43,831 nucleotides of DNA from Candidatus Microgenomates bacterium (GTDB taxonomy: Bacteria; Patescibacteriota; Microgenomatia; JACPZF01): the NCBI GenBank assembly GCA_016199065.1, contig JACQHK010000047.1, positions 1 to 43,831 of the forward strand, written 5' to 3'. Below are positions 1 through 8,784 of this stretch, in pieces (within the stretch, counting starts at the first letter, position 1; each line of letters begins with the position of its first letter). The position numbers were made by a program, and so were the translations under genes. The notes beneath the pieces are model-generated. The model was not told where the DNA came from, made no database searches, and was given only the letters and a program-made list of their open reading frames with translations.

Positions 1-96
1 TCCTGATCCGGCACCTGCCAGAATCATTTCCGGACCTTCTGTATAACAAACAGCCTCTTTTTGCTCTTTGTTTAATTCTTTTAAAATATCTTCCAT
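1..96 (-). CDS. UvrD/PcrA/Rep family ATP-dependent DNA helicase, N-terminal fragment (runs off window start)
   Basis: Manual translation from ATG at 96: MEDILKELNKEQKEAVCYTEGPEMILAGAGSG, i.e. the LNxEQxxAV Q-motif plus the start of Walker A (AGAGSG) of SF1A helicases. Not in the ORF track. Confidence 0.9.
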   Translation of the reverse strand, partial: MEDILKELNKEQKEAVCYTEGPEMILAGAGSG

Positions 97-176
97 CGGT
101 GATAAAATAGGTAAGTTAAGAAAGCACTGGAATATTAAATACTAACACATTTTAACTATTAACCAACAGAAAAAAT

Positions 177-875
177 ATGTCAGAAATTCTTGTCGTCGCT
201 AATTGGAAATCCAATAAATCGGCGGAGGATGCAAAAAATTGGCTCACAGAATTTTCCCAGTTGGCAAAATCAGTAAATCCCTCCCGGCCGGTTAAAGTAG
301 TAATTTGCCCACCCTTTATCGATCTTCCTTATTTATCCTGGGCGCTAACAACTCTAAAAGTACCCTTTCCCGTTGAATTAGGAGCACAAAATGTTTCTCC
401 GTATGGCGAAGGTTCCTTTACCGGTGAAGTTTCTGCCGCACAACTAACCGGCTTAGTTAACTATTGTTTGGTCGGTCATTCAGAACGAAGAATCAATTTC
501 CATGAGACCAATCAGGAAATTTATTCCAAAATAAACAATTTGGTTACTAATAAAATTTCTCCCATTCTTTGCGCTCAAAATCTGGAAGAAATACCACAGG
601 AAGTCGGTAAATTACCTGCGCAGGAAATTCTCGTTATGTTTGAACCGGCCAAGGCCATCAGCAGTGAAGGTGTCTACAAGGCAGAATCACCACAAACAGT
701 GAAAGAAACTGTCAGTTTGTGGCAGGAAAAAATCGGTGAATATCGATATCTTTACGGTGGAAGCGTGAATGAAAATAATTGTCGGGAATTGCTTGACTCT
801 GGGATAAAAGGTTTTGTGGTTGGACATGCCAGTCTTTCTCCTTCTTCATTTTTAGGCATTATCAAGAATGTTTAA
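177..875 (+). CDS. tpiA: triosephosphate isomerase (short, divergent)
   Basis: ANWK, GAQNVS...GSFTGEVS, GHSERR, FEP catalytic Glu, YGGSV motifs. Confidence 0.93.
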   Translation: MSEILVVANWKSNKSAEDAKNWLTEFSQLAKSVNPSRPVKVVICPPFIDLPYLSWALTTLKVPFPVELGAQNVSPYGEGSFTGEVSAAQLTGLVNYCLVGHSERRINFHETNQEIYSKINNLVTNKISPILCAQNLEEIPQEVGKLPAQEILVMFEPAKAISSEGVYKAESPQTVKETVSLWQEKIGEYRYLYGGSVNENNCRELLDSGIKGFVVGHASLSPSSFLGIIKNV

Positions 876-1977
876 TAATTATTTTTTTCTTAGATTTAAA
901 CGGAAATATGTTCCGTTCGTCTCTAAATACAAGTCTGTTTTTATCGTCTTGGCTTTTGTCTTTATTTCCTTTATTTTTTACCGTTTTGCATTCCCGCAAA
1001 TCCTTAATCTTATTTCCCCCAAGATTATCTTAAATTTAGCAGCTAAAAGCTCCACGCCGGTCAGACAGGACAACAACCAGGTAAATATTCTGATGATGGG
1101 AATCGGCGGTGGCAATCATGAAGGACCCCAATTAACGGATTCTATCATCCTTGTTAATTTAAATCTGCTGACCAAAAAAGTTTCTTTTGTGCCTCTGCCA
1201 AGAGATATTTGGGTGGAAAATGCAAAAGGAAAAATTAACTCAATTTACGTAACTGGCGAAGAAAAAAAACCTGGTACCGGATTAATATTGTCTAAAGCAA
1301 CCATTGGGGAGCTTTTGGGAGTACCGGTGCATTATGCTCTGTTGGTTGATTTTGATGCTTTTGTGAAAATCGTTGATCTCTTGAACGGGATAGAAGTTAA
1401 TGTGGAAAATACCTTTGATGATTTCATGTATCCCATTGAGGGTAAAGAGAATGATTTATGTTCAAAAACCGAGGAAGAATTAAAAGAAGTAAAAATTACC
1501 GATCAAAACGTCCTGGAAATTTTTCCCTGTCGCTTTGAACACCTTCATTTTGATAAAGGCATACAGGTTTTAAGCGGAACTCAGGCTCTAAAATTTGTCC
1601 GTAGTCGACACGCCAGCGGAGATGAGGGAACCGATTTTGCCAGATCAAAAAGACAAATAAAAGTCATCACGGCAATCAAAAATAAACTTACGAAACCGGA
1701 GGTTTTTTTAAATCCCAGCTATTTGATCAAGATGTCGGAAGAATTAAAGGGTAATCTTTTTACTGATCTGGGTGTCGACCAGCTTATCTTTTTAGGAAAG
1801 GATTTTATCTCCACCGATTTATCCTCTGTTAAAACTCTAAGCTTAGACATCGGAACAGATGATAAACCAGGACTTTTAACTAACCCACCCTCGTCACAGT
1901 ATGGTAGCTATGTTTTAATACCAACCGCAGGCAACTGGAAAGAAATTCAGGAGAAAGTTAGGGAACTTTTCAATTAG
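868..1977 (+). CDS. LCP (LytR-CpsA-Psr) family cell-wall glycopolymer ligase
   Basis: N-terminal TM; NILMMG, TDSIILV, PRDIW, KINS, ALKFVRSRH, DFARSKRQ motifs. Confidence 0.92.
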   Translation: MFNNYFFLRFKRKYVPFVSKYKSVFIVLAFVFISFIFYRFAFPQILNLISPKIILNLAAKSSTPVRQDNNQVNILMMGIGGGNHEGPQLTDSIILVNLNLLTKKVSFVPLPRDIWVENAKGKINSIYVTGEEKKPGTGLILSKATIGELLGVPVHYALLVDFDAFVKIVDLLNGIEVNVENTFDDFMYPIEGKENDLCSKTEEELKEVKITDQNVLEIFPCRFEHLHFDKGIQVLSGTQALKFVRSRHASGDEGTDFARSKRQIKVITAIKNKLTKPEVFLNPSYLIKMSEELKGNLFTDLGVDQLIFLGKDFISTDLSSVKTLSLDIGTDDKPGLLTNPPSSQYGSYVLIPTAGNWKEIQEKVRELFN

Positions 1978-1980
1978 CCA

Positions 1981-2002
1981 TTGGCCATTAGCTAATGGCC
2001 AA
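1981..2002. repeat. perfect 22-bp palindrome TTGGCCATTAGCTAATGGCCAA between convergent genes; probable bidirectional terminator
   Basis: The sequence equals its own reverse complement and fills the 25-bp gap between two stop codons. Confidence 0.7.
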
Positions 2003-3052
2003 CTAGAACACCAGCCCAAACCCTAAAATCATTAATCCTATTCCTAAAACAGACATCAGAATAGTCGGATTGATAGAAGCCGCTGTTGGTGTTTGGGGAG
2101 TAATGGGTGCCTCCTGACAGGAAACATCACTTTGGCAACCATCTACCCCTGCTCCTTCTACAACCACACATTTTTTGTTATCGTCGCAGGATTTGTGGGT
2201 AAGACGGACAGTAACACAATCGTTATCTTGTGTACAACTGCTGTCACAAGGTTCATCGGAAGGTGAACATTCTTCCTCAACACATTTATTCCCTTCTTTG
2301 CAGGACTTATGTCTAAAGGCCACTTTGTTGGTAGGTGTAGGTGTTTGAGTAATCGATGGGGTTTGGGTAACAGTAACAGTCTCTGTTACGCTGGGAGTAA
2401 TCGTTAAAGTACCTGTTGGAGTGTTAGTGGGGGTATTGGTAATAGTCACCGTTCCTGTTGGTGTGTTTGTAGGAGTTTTTGTAGGAGTTATGGTTTGAGT
2501 TAAAGTACCGGTGGGTGTATTGGTAGGTGTTAATGTTCCGGTAGGAGTGGGTGTTTTGGTTTTAGTTGGTGTGGGAGTCTCACAACCGGAACAATTAAAA
2601 GCGATTTGTCCTCCCCAGCCCATTCCGGCTATAGTACAGTCGTACTGCACCACGGAACAGGAAGGAATTGAAGTAGTCATGGAACAGAAATAGTCTCCGT
2701 CTTTTCCCTGGCGGTCATTGGCAGTACACGATCCTGCCTTAGTACAAGTAGCTGTTTTACCACAGGTATCCATGGTGCCTACTAACTGTTTGGCACGCTC
2801 TGAGCCTGGTTCTGCCTGATCTCTTAGACATTCTTCAAGGCTGTCATATCGATGTGTAAGTAAATCACCTTGAAAAGGAGTTCCAGGCTTGGTATCGGAA
2901 CAGCTCGTACTGACGGTCTCTGCAGCCTTGCTCGGTACCGGCGTAACTTGTTTGGTTTTTTGCAATTGGCTGGCCGTAAAAACTGAAATCAGAGCCAGTA
3001 CTGCAGTGGCGACAAAAACGATTAGCGGTAAATAATTCTTAAATTTACTCAT
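2003..3052 (-). CDS. Cys-rich, Thr/Pro-repeat surface protein with N- and C-terminal hydrophobic segments
   Basis: N-terminal TM, Cys-rich domain, TPT(G)T linker, two HKSC...C...C repeats, C-terminal TM. Confidence 0.8.
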   Translation of the reverse strand: MSKFKNYLPLIVFVATAVLALISVFTASQLQKTKQVTPVPSKAAETVSTSCSDTKPGTPFQGDLLTHRYDSLEECLRDQAEPGSERAKQLVGTMDTCGKTATCTKAGSCTANDRQGKDGDYFCSMTTSIPSCSVVQYDCTIAGMGWGGQIAFNCSGCETPTPTKTKTPTPTGTLTPTNTPTGTLTQTITPTKTPTNTPTGTVTITNTPTNTPTGTLTITPSVTETVTVTQTPSITQTPTPTNKVAFRHKSCKEGNKCVEEECSPSDEPCDSSCTQDNDCVTVRLTHKSCDDNKKCVVVEGAGVDGCQSDVSCQEAPITPQTPTAASINPTILMSVLGIGLMILGFGLVF

Positions 3053-3788
3053 TTACTTTTCCGAATGTGTATTTAAAAAGCGTCTTACCAAAAATTCCTG
3101 GAGCACCTTCCGGTAAATCGAGATTTAATCCCAGAGAATATTTGTCTTTTACTAAATTCGCTTGAATAGCCAGATAATAAGTTTTACCTTCTTCTAAATT
3201 TTCTGCGACAAAAACAGGACTTTTGGTAAATGAGCCCAAAATCGACGGATCAACAGTTTCTAAGGCAGGGTCCTTTTCGCCAAAATAAACAAAATATCCT
3301 CTAACCGTAGCATCCTGTATGGAATCCGAAAGCGACCAGGAAAAATTCACTTTATCATAAGGATAGGTCTCTTCTGAATGTAACTTAACCGGCGTAACGC
3401 CCGAAGAAGATTCGGCGTCAACTACCACCAGGTTATTTTTTCGGTTCCCCAAAACTTTTTGTTGTGTTTCAATAAGACTCGTTGCTTGTTGTTCTTCGGC
3501 CATACTGCGTACATCCTGGTTCCCCGCAGGAGCTAAAACCGCGTTTAAGGAATAAACCATAGAAGCTGCCAAAACCGCAGGACCGGCAAGAAGAAACATG
3601 AGCTCTGACCTTTTAAAATAGGAAACTTTTTGTTTGGTCGATACTACCTGAGCTTCCGGATAGGCGCTGCGATGAAGTTCATCAAATCTTTTTTCCACCA
3701 TTTTATTGATGATATATTTCACCACCACTCCGAAGACTACCAAAAATTGGAGAAAGAGAAATCCTATAAAAATATATTCCGGTTTCAT
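3045..3788 (-). CDS. membrane protein with FN3-like C-terminal domain
   Basis: Two hydrophobic segments; FSW...GYFVYFG...[14 protein letters not shown] resembles fibronectin type III. Confidence 0.6.
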   Translation of the reverse strand: MKPEYIFIGFLFLQFLVVFGVVVKYIINKMVEKRFDELHRSAYPEAQVVSTKQKVSYFKRSELMFLLAGPAVLAASMVYSLNAVLAPAGNQDVRSMAEEQQATSLIETQQKVLGNRKNNLVVVDAESSSGVTPVKLHSEETYPYDKVNFSWSLSDSIQDATVRGYFVYFGEKDPALETVDPSILGSFTKSPVFVAENLEEGKTYYLAIQANLVKDKYSLGLNLDLPEGAPGIFGKTLFKYTFGKVNE

Positions 3789-3854
3789 AAATTTAACAGA
3801 CTTATTTCAGTATAAGTTTATTTTTAAGAAAAAGTAAAGAGGATATCCCCTTAA

Positions 3855-5174
3855 TTATTTTTTAAACGATGCTGAATAAAAAATTGTTCCGCTTACGATA
3901 ATTAAAGCCAAAGAAAACAATAACAAGGTAATTGTGGAAGTAAAGTCTCCGCTTACCGGAATAGGTGATGGCGACGCAGTAATCTCCGGTTCCAAAGTAG
4001 GCGTAGGAGTAAAGGTTGCTGACGGAGTGGCATTTTCGGTGACCGAAGTACCGCTGGCCAAAACTAAAAATGTATGGGAAACCGCTTGCTCCTTACCGCT
4101 CTCGTCTTTTACTTTCATCGTTACTGTATGCTCGCCCGGTGCCAAATCTGCCGGAGGCGTCCAATTCCATTTTCCATTCTCACCCACCACCACGCTGGCG
4201 GAATATTTATTTTCTGATTCAACCGTAATTTGTATCACCTGGCCGGGTTGTCCGGTTCCTTCAAAAGTCGGTCTCATGTCAGAAAGAGTTGCTTCATCCG
4301 AAGGTATAGTAATCTTGGGGCTGGTAGTAGCTTCAGTCGTTTTCTCGTTACCAAAAGTCTCGTCGCGTTGATCTTCTTGTGCTAAAACTTTTGTCGGTGT
4401 CGGGGTAGATGTTGGCTCCTGTGCGAGTTGATCCTCTTTAGTAAAATCAAAATTGCCCCCGATCGTAATGTTGGGAACCGGAGTTTCGTTACCGGTAAGA
4501 GTCTTTGCCTGTGCCACGCCTTCTTTTGCGCCCTGGACAAAAATATTGATCGGATCACCTTGGCTGTTAAAACTAAGTAGACTCTTTAAATCGGGAGTAC
4601 GTGCCAGATTTAAAGAAACCAGCCAGCTTCCGGAAGATTTGGTTAACGAAGAAAGTAAAGAGGAATTATTTACCGTAACATAAACTATGCTGTTTTCCAG
4701 TGGAACACCGGCTCTTTTTTCCACTACGCCGTAGGCAGGAATCGTTACCACGTTGTCCTGTGATTTAACCGGTGTAATCAGTGTATACTTTGGGTCAGAA
4801 TACTCCTTACTTCCGGAAATTATCTTAAAAGTATAATTAGTCGAAGGCTTCAAAAACCTTAGACTTACGTGATGAACAAAAAATTTATCAGTCGCAGGCG
4901 TTGCTCCTTGTACTCGATCATCCAGAACTGGCTGGCTAAACCCCTGGCCGGCTGATTGATACACTACGGCACCGGAAACCGCTTCGTCGGTTATCCAGGA
5001 AACAGAAAAGGAAGAATCTGTCAGGTTGCTTATTTTTACTTCTTTGGGTTCCGCGGTAACACTGGCTTTAGTAAATAAAGTCTGTGCAAAATTTGTCGCA
5101 AAGGCGGTCACAGTTAAACCGACCAAAAGAACAACCACGGCAATAAGTGTAGGGATTTTAAATTCTTTCCTCAT
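3855..5174 (-). CDS. surface protein with FN3/purple-acid-phosphatase-N-like and bacterial Ig-like domains
   Basis: SNLTDSSFSVSW...HHV.L..LKPSTNYTF; PTFEGTG.PG..I.I...GKWNWTP..L.PGEHTVT; C-terminal IPVSG plus TM. Confidence 0.75.
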   Translation of the reverse strand: MRKEFKIPTLIAVVVLLVGLTVTAFATNFAQTLFTKASVTAEPKEVKISNLTDSSFSVSWITDEAVSGAVVYQSAGQGFSQPVLDDRVQGATPATDKFFVHHVSLRFLKPSTNYTFKIISGSKEYSDPKYTLITPVKSQDNVVTIPAYGVVEKRAGVPLENSIVYVTVNNSSLLSSLTKSSGSWLVSLNLARTPDLKSLLSFNSQGDPINIFVQGAKEGVAQAKTLTGNETPVPNITIGGNFDFTKEDQLAQEPTSTPTPTKVLAQEDQRDETFGNEKTTEATTSPKITIPSDEATLSDMRPTFEGTGQPGQVIQITVESENKYSASVVVGENGKWNWTPPADLAPGEHTVTMKVKDESGKEQAVSHTFLVLASGTSVTENATPSATFTPTPTLEPEITASPSPIPVSGDFTSTITLLLFSLALIIVSGTIFYSASFKK

Positions 5175-5206
5175 AAAACTACTCTACCAAAGATCAGTAA
5201 ATTCTT

Positions 5207-5398
5207 TCAAGGCGCTTGACGATCTTTAAGTATTTTTATAACCTGAGTATCAAAAGTAGGAACGATCGGTTTAATTTGTTGCTGTAAAACAGGACTGATC
5301 GTACTTTTTTGTGAAGTATGCAAAACTTCAGTAATCATCCAAAAGACTACAGTCATTAATGTCAAAACGCCTAATACAGCAAGATCCTTACTTCTCAT
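5207..5398 (-). CDS. small single-TM protein downstream of pilO (PilP position)
   Basis: 63 aa, one TM, 2 bp after the pilO stop; assignment is by position only. Confidence 0.55.
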   Translation of the reverse strand: MRSKDLAVLGVLTLMTVVFWMITEVLHTSQKSTISPVLQQQIKPIVPTFDTQVIKILKDRQAP

Positions 5399-5400
5399 TT

Positions 5401-6054
5401 TTATTGTTTTGGTAAATAAAAGGCATTAAATCTAATGCTGCCAATAATTTTACCTGAGCTCTTTAAGATTATTACGTTTTGGGTTGTTACAACTCTGGGA
5501 AGATTCGTGACCCGTTTAATCAAACCGGCGATGTCGGTGTATCCTCCTTCAACAGTAAAAAGAAATGAGACGGGAATTGCCTGATCAGTAACCACTGTTT
5601 TTTCTTCTTTCTTTCCTGACGTTTCCGATAATAACGCTTCTCCTATCTGCAGAGCAGACAAGGAAGCATTATTCTCTGAGGCCAGTGATTCGAGACTTTT
5701 AATTAAACTAACAACCTCTGATTTGGTTGGCAGTGCCGTATCTATCAGGGGCAAATCGGGTTGTAAAACATCAAGCTCGGCCTGAATTTGAGATAAGGCG
5801 TTAATCTTGTCCTGTAGCTTGGCATCGACTATTTGATCGTCTTCTATTTGTTTTCTTAAACCAATAATCGTATTAACAGTGGGGCGGATGGCAAAAAAAA
5901 CAAAAAAGGCAACTGTAAAAATTGAAAGAATCAAAAAGGTGTAAGCTCTGGTTTGGGGTTTTTTCAATAAAGGACCAATCCAGGTATAGTATCGGTTGTA
6001 CCTTCTTTTCATTAATTCTTCTTCAATTAGGTGTTTTGTGTTTTTTATTTCCAT
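5401..6054 (-). CDS. pilO: type IV pilus assembly protein PilO
   Basis: TM, coiled coil, ALP, then F.V.GGY..I..LI..V..LPRVV PilO signature. Confidence 0.85.
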   Translation of the reverse strand: MEIKNTKHLIEEELMKRRYNRYYTWIGPLLKKPQTRAYTFLILSIFTVAFFVFFAIRPTVNTIIGLRKQIEDDQIVDAKLQDKINALSQIQAELDVLQPDLPLIDTALPTKSEVVSLIKSLESLASENNASLSALQIGEALLSETSGKKEEKTVVTDQAIPVSFLFTVEGGYTDIAGLIKRVTNLPRVVTTQNVIILKSSGKIIGSIRFNAFYLPKQ

Positions 6055-6056
6055 AG

Positions 6057-6614
6057 TTATTTATACTTTGCCGAAAGAGTAAAAATGATTTCACCCTGCT
6101 GTCTCTTGTTTTTTTCCACACTATCTAAATTAATCGCAGTAAAGACATCGGAATTTCTTAAATTCGTGACAAACAGCGCCAACGAGGCTTCAGAATAAGT
6201 AGAGGCTGAAATCACCATATGGTTCGTATCGATAGTCAAATTGTCGTAGATAATATCGGTGGGAGTAATTTGTCCTAACAGAACTAATATTTCATCTGCG
6301 CGCAATGAAGAATTAATCAACTCGCCAATTTTCAACAGTCTGGCCTGTATCGATCTGGCTTCGGTTTCAAGTTCCTTCGCGCTCTCTACTATTGCCTGCT
6401 TTTGCTTGATACCCTCTCTTAAATCGGCCAGGGTTCTATCCAGCCAGAATCTTGAACCAAACGCCACTAAGACAACAAGTTCGGTAAAAATCACAATATA
6501 GCGGCCGATGGTTAAAGCCCACTTCAGAAATCGCCCAGCCGGAGTTTTGTCTAGATCTTCGCTGGGTAAAAGATTAATATTTAATTTTTGAATTTTTTGA
6601 GGTTGGGCAGACAC
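6057..6614 (-). CDS. pilN: type IV pilus assembly protein PilN
   Basis: INLLP motif, TM, coiled coil, ferredoxin-like core (LALFVTNLRNS..F); directly upstream of pilO. Confidence 0.85.
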   Translation of the reverse strand: MSAQPQKIQKLNINLLPSEDLDKTPAGRFLKWALTIGRYIVIFTELVVLVAFGSRFWLDRTLADLREGIKQKQAIVESAKELETEARSIQARLLKIGELINSSLRADEILVLLGQITPTDIIYDNLTIDTNHMVISASTYSEASLALFVTNLRNSDVFTAINLDSVEKNKRQQGEIIFTLSAKYK

Positions 6615-6703
6615 GTAATTTAGATCATTTTATAAATGATATGTCTATCATACTAATAAAGTAAAGAAAAGCAAAGAGGAAGAACTGATGGAAATTTATA
6701 AGA

Positions 6704-6994
6704 CTAAGACTTTTTGGCTTTCGGTTTTTTCTTCTCAGTTTCGATTTTTGGAGTTCTCTCTTTTTTTATCAATTTATACAACTGGGATATCAGCCTGGCA
6801 GCCTTATTCTTGTGAATTATGTTTACTTTGGAAAGCTTAGCAACTGCGCTCTGTGCTTTTTTGACACTTTCCGATGTTTTACTTTTTTTAGCAAGGCCGA
6901 TGAGTTTTTTAACTTCTTCCTTTCGCTTTTTGTTCAAAAGCGTTCTCTTTTTATCTTTTCTCATCTTTTTTTCCGCAGAGGCAATTACCGGCAT
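6704..6994 (-). CDS. rpsT: 30S ribosomal protein S20 with Lys-rich C-terminal tail
   Basis: MP...SAEK.MR...N...IIHKNKAARLISQL; SD AAGGAG upstream. Confidence 0.95.
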   Translation of the reverse strand: MPVIASAEKKMRKDKKRTLLNKKRKEEVKKLIGLAKKSKTSESVKKAQSAVAKLSKVNIIHKNKAARLISQLYKLIKKERTPKIETEKKKPKAKKS

Positions 6995-7128
6995 ATTCTT
7001 TCTCCTTTAATATTTATTATTGCTTGTTAATAAGGGCAGTGTTATATTATATCCCGTCTAACGAGACAAAGTCGCGCTATAATAATCTAAACAGGCACTA
7101 ATTATAACAAAGCAATAAATACTGCGCA

Positions 7129-8784
7129 ATGGTAAAGAATTTTATCAATAAAGGCGTTTCTCTTCTTTCGGTTCGGCAAACCAATATCATCTCCGCCGCA
7201 ACCGTAATCATGCTCACCATCGCCATCTCCAAACTTTTGGGCGTTATAAAATTACGCATCCTTTCAGCAAGATTTACCCCGGAGGAGCTGGGTGTTTTTT
7301 TAGCGTCTTTCAGACTGCCCAATCTGCTTTTTGATTTCCTGGTCCTGGGAGCACTCACAAGCGCTTTTATTCCCGTTTTTACGCGCTACCTGGCCAAAGA
7401 CAATAAAGACGAGGCCTTTTCTGTTTCTTCGTCAATTATCAATATTTCTATTTTATTAACCATCATTTTTTCTGTACCCATCCTTTTTTTCAGCGAAGAC
7501 ATTTCCCGTCTTCTAGCTCCCGGTTTTAGCACCGAGGAAATTATCAAAATGGCTAGTTTTACCAGAATCATCGTTTTGGCACAGGTTATTCCCCTTTTAA
7601 TCGGAACTTTTTTTACCGGAATTCTGCAATCTTTCAAAAATTTTTTGATACCGGCTCTGGCTCCTGTGGTTTATGACGTGGGAATTATCATCTGCATATT
7701 GATCTTCTCGCCTTCTGCGGGGCTTTATTCGGCAGTCTATGGTGTCGTCGTCGGAGCCGTACTTTTCCTGTTAATTCAGTTACCCACAGTCTTATCCTTC
7801 GGTTACCGGCCAAGATTAACCATGGACTATAAACATCCCGGTGTAAAAGAAATAGGAAAACTTATGGCGCCGCGCACGGTTGGTTTAATGGCCTACCAGC
7901 TTGATTCTACCATCGATTTAATTTTAGCTTCCTTAATCGGGGCAAGAGCAGTAACTATTTTTACTTTTGCTCAAACCCTTCAGCAACTGCCGATTCTTTT
8001 ATTCGGTTCAACCATTGCCCAGGCTTCGTTGCCTACTCTGTCTGAAGAAAGTACGTCGGATCCGGAAAAATTCAAAAGCACTCTTTTAACCAGCCTGCAT
8101 CAGATTCTGTTTCTCGTTTTTCCCGCCAGCGTGATTTTAATTGTTCTAAGAATTCCTATCGTCCGTTTAGCTTATGGAGCAAAACTCTTTGACTGGGAAG
8201 CAACTATTTTGACTGGTAAAACTCTGGCGCTTTTTGCTGTTTCTGTTTTTGCCCAAAGTGCGGTTGCTCTTTTAGCCAGAGCGTTTTATGCCTTACACGA
8301 CAGTAAAACTCCTGTGGCTATCAGTATCGTTTCTGTGGCAGTAAATATCGTCGCCAGTATCACCTTTATTAATTTTCTTCAGCTGCCCATCTGGGGACTG
8401 GCTCTGTCAACCAGCATCGCCAGTCTGTTAAACGCTTTTCTCTTGCTCTTTTTTCTTAATAGGAAGATTAAATCATTTTCCGTCAATGAACTTCTCATTT
8501 CGCCGCTAAAAATTTTCCTGGCATCTATACTGACAGGAATCTGTCTGTATATTCCCATGAAAATATTAGACCAGCTGGTTTTCGACACTACCAGAACTAT
8601 TAATTTAATCATGTTAACCACGACCGTTTCTCTCATTGGTTTTACCGTTTATTTCCTATTGGCGGTGATCTTAAAAATTAAGGAAGCGTCCCTGATTCTT
8701 AGCGGTATCCAAAGATTAGGCAACTTCCGAAAAGAATTAACCAGAACACCGGAGATTATCGATGGAGAAAAACCAAATCCGTAA
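7129..8784 (+). CDS. murJ: lipid II flippase MurJ (MviN)
   Basis: SKLLG...FRLPN...GALTSAFIPVF, RAFYALHDSKTPV; about 14 TM segments. Confidence 0.95.
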   Translation: MVKNFINKGVSLLSVRQTNIISAATVIMLTIAISKLLGVIKLRILSARFTPEELGVFLASFRLPNLLFDFLVLGALTSAFIPVFTRYLAKDNKDEAFSVSSSIINISILLTIIFSVPILFFSEDISRLLAPGFSTEEIIKMASFTRIIVLAQVIPLLIGTFFTGILQSFKNFLIPALAPVVYDVGIIICILIFSPSAGLYSAVYGVVVGAVLFLLIQLPTVLSFGYRPRLTMDYKHPGVKEIGKLMAPRTVGLMAYQLDSTIDLILASLIGARAVTIFTFAQTLQQLPILLFGSTIAQASLPTLSEESTSDPEKFKSTLLTSLHQILFLVFPASVILIVLRIPIVRLAYGAKLFDWEATILTGKTLALFAVSVFAQSAVALLARAFYALHDSKTPVAISIVSVAVNIVASITFINFLQLPIWGLALSTSIASLLNAFLLLFFLNRKIKSFSVNELLISPLKIFLASILTGICLYIPMKILDQLVFDTTRTINLIMLTTTVSLIGFTVYFLLAVILKIKEASLILSGIQRLGNFRKELTRTPEIIDGEKPNP

